The notes beneath the pieces were generated by a model. That model saw only the letters and a list, made by a program, of their open reading frames with translations, was not told where the DNA came from and did not search any database. 64,000 nt of DNA, taken from assembly GCA_022813865.1 (NCBI GenBank), contig JALDZX010000031.1, forward strand, positions 124,001 through 188,000, written 5' to 3'. The translations under genes and the position numbers were made by a program. This DNA is from Xylographa opegraphella. Its lineage: Eukaryota. Below, piece by piece: positions 63,128-64,000 of this stretch; position 1 is the first letter of the stretch; each line of letters starts with the position of its first letter.

Positions 63128-63968
63128 CTACTCGCTTTCAGTCGACCACTCGCCGTATGTACTCTTGTTCGGATTTAGAGGTACTCCGCCGTTTTCTAGT
63201 CGCCGAGGGACTGCTTGCGGTATCCTCGACGGCTTTGCATGCACAGCTCGATCTGTTGTTTGTTGAAGCCCTGTCGTTCCCGACTCGAGGTCTCTCGTTG
63301 CTCCACCTTTTTGGTCCATTGGGGTTGTCGCTCCCTCCGAAGGGTTTTGCTGCGTGCTTTGAGAATGGGGATTTTGAGCAGGGTTATCAGGGTTTTGCAC
63401 TTCATAGCCACGGGGTTGATATGGTCTTTCTGACGGAGGCTGACGAATGTTCGCGTCCTCGTGGCTCTGATTTTCCGAGTGGTTTCTTGGATAGCACTGC
63501 TGCAACGATTGGCTGCGCATGGGGGATAATGGGTATACCGAGTCCCCCTGGTGAAGGTGCAGACTCAGACCTGGTTTGGGGACTTGTCCTGGCGAGAGAA
63601 TTTCTTCCTGGGAGAAGGCGCTCGCCAATGGTAACCTGTTCAGGGGGCTGATGTCCACCCTGCGTCCCGTCGGGCGGCGTCATAGTGAATCTTCCGACCC
63701 TTCTTACCACCGCCGGAGTCCAGGGTTGTGGTACCGCATCGCCCGACCGTACCTTGATAGTGATGTAAAGCAACAGCCATGCAACAAAACCAAATACAAA
63801 GACGACAACTATTGCAACTGTGGCACGCTCTGGAACCGGCTGACGGAACCCAAGTGAATAGATTGTAAGAATAGCGCCCGCAATGATTAACGAAGTGAAA
63901 AAGAAGAACTGCATGGCAGGGTTGAAACTCCAATGCAAGAAATCGTCAAGCCACAGTGGAGGACTCAT
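63128..63968 (-). CDS. Hypothetical two-TM membrane protein with disordered tail, structure unresolved
   Basis: Overlapping ORFs 63402-63968 (two hydrophobic helices) and 63128-63658 (Q/P/S/N-rich) in different frames, probably joined by an intron or a frameshift. Confidence 0.45.
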
Positions 63969-64000
63969 ACCTGATTTGATCGCGTTCGATCTGTCCTGTA

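Overview
Eukaryotic DNA from a gene-dense region of a filamentous ascomycete (Pezizomycotina-like: short GT-AG introns with CTRAC branch points). About 25 protein-coding genes can be reconstructed by hand, most of them spliced and so fragmented in the ORF track. In order: a conserved membrane protein with a GRAM/PH-like end, a sulfite-oxidase-family Moco enzyme, a CFEM GPI protein, TIM22, a DUF4048-like protein, a Sid1-like Ste20 kinase, a CRAL-TRIO protein, Ste23/insulysin, a secreted PEBP, a Pmp3 proteolipid, Swa2/auxilin, Urc4/DUF1688, an orphan, CFIm25, Cab5, a second orphan, an MPP6-like zinc-knuckle protein, NDUFS6, an uncharacterised PolX-like nucleotidyltransferase, a BCS1-like AAA ATPase, Opi1, a QDE-1-type RNA-dependent RNA polymerase, SGT1, a MARVEL-like protein and a hypothetical membrane protein. 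I recognised no rRNA, tRNA, CRISPR array or intact transposon. The most notable observations are: (1) an intronless minimal PolX-like nucleotidyltransferase near the RdRP and other RNA 3'-end/surveillance genes, head-to-head with a possible NACHT relic; (2) a GC-AG intron splitting the RdRP catalytic GGDYDGD motif; (3) recurring GC-rich islands that switch from C-rich to G-rich regardless of gene strand, often at convergent gene ends; (4) probable triple targeting of Ste23. All family assignments come from motif recognition, not database searches.
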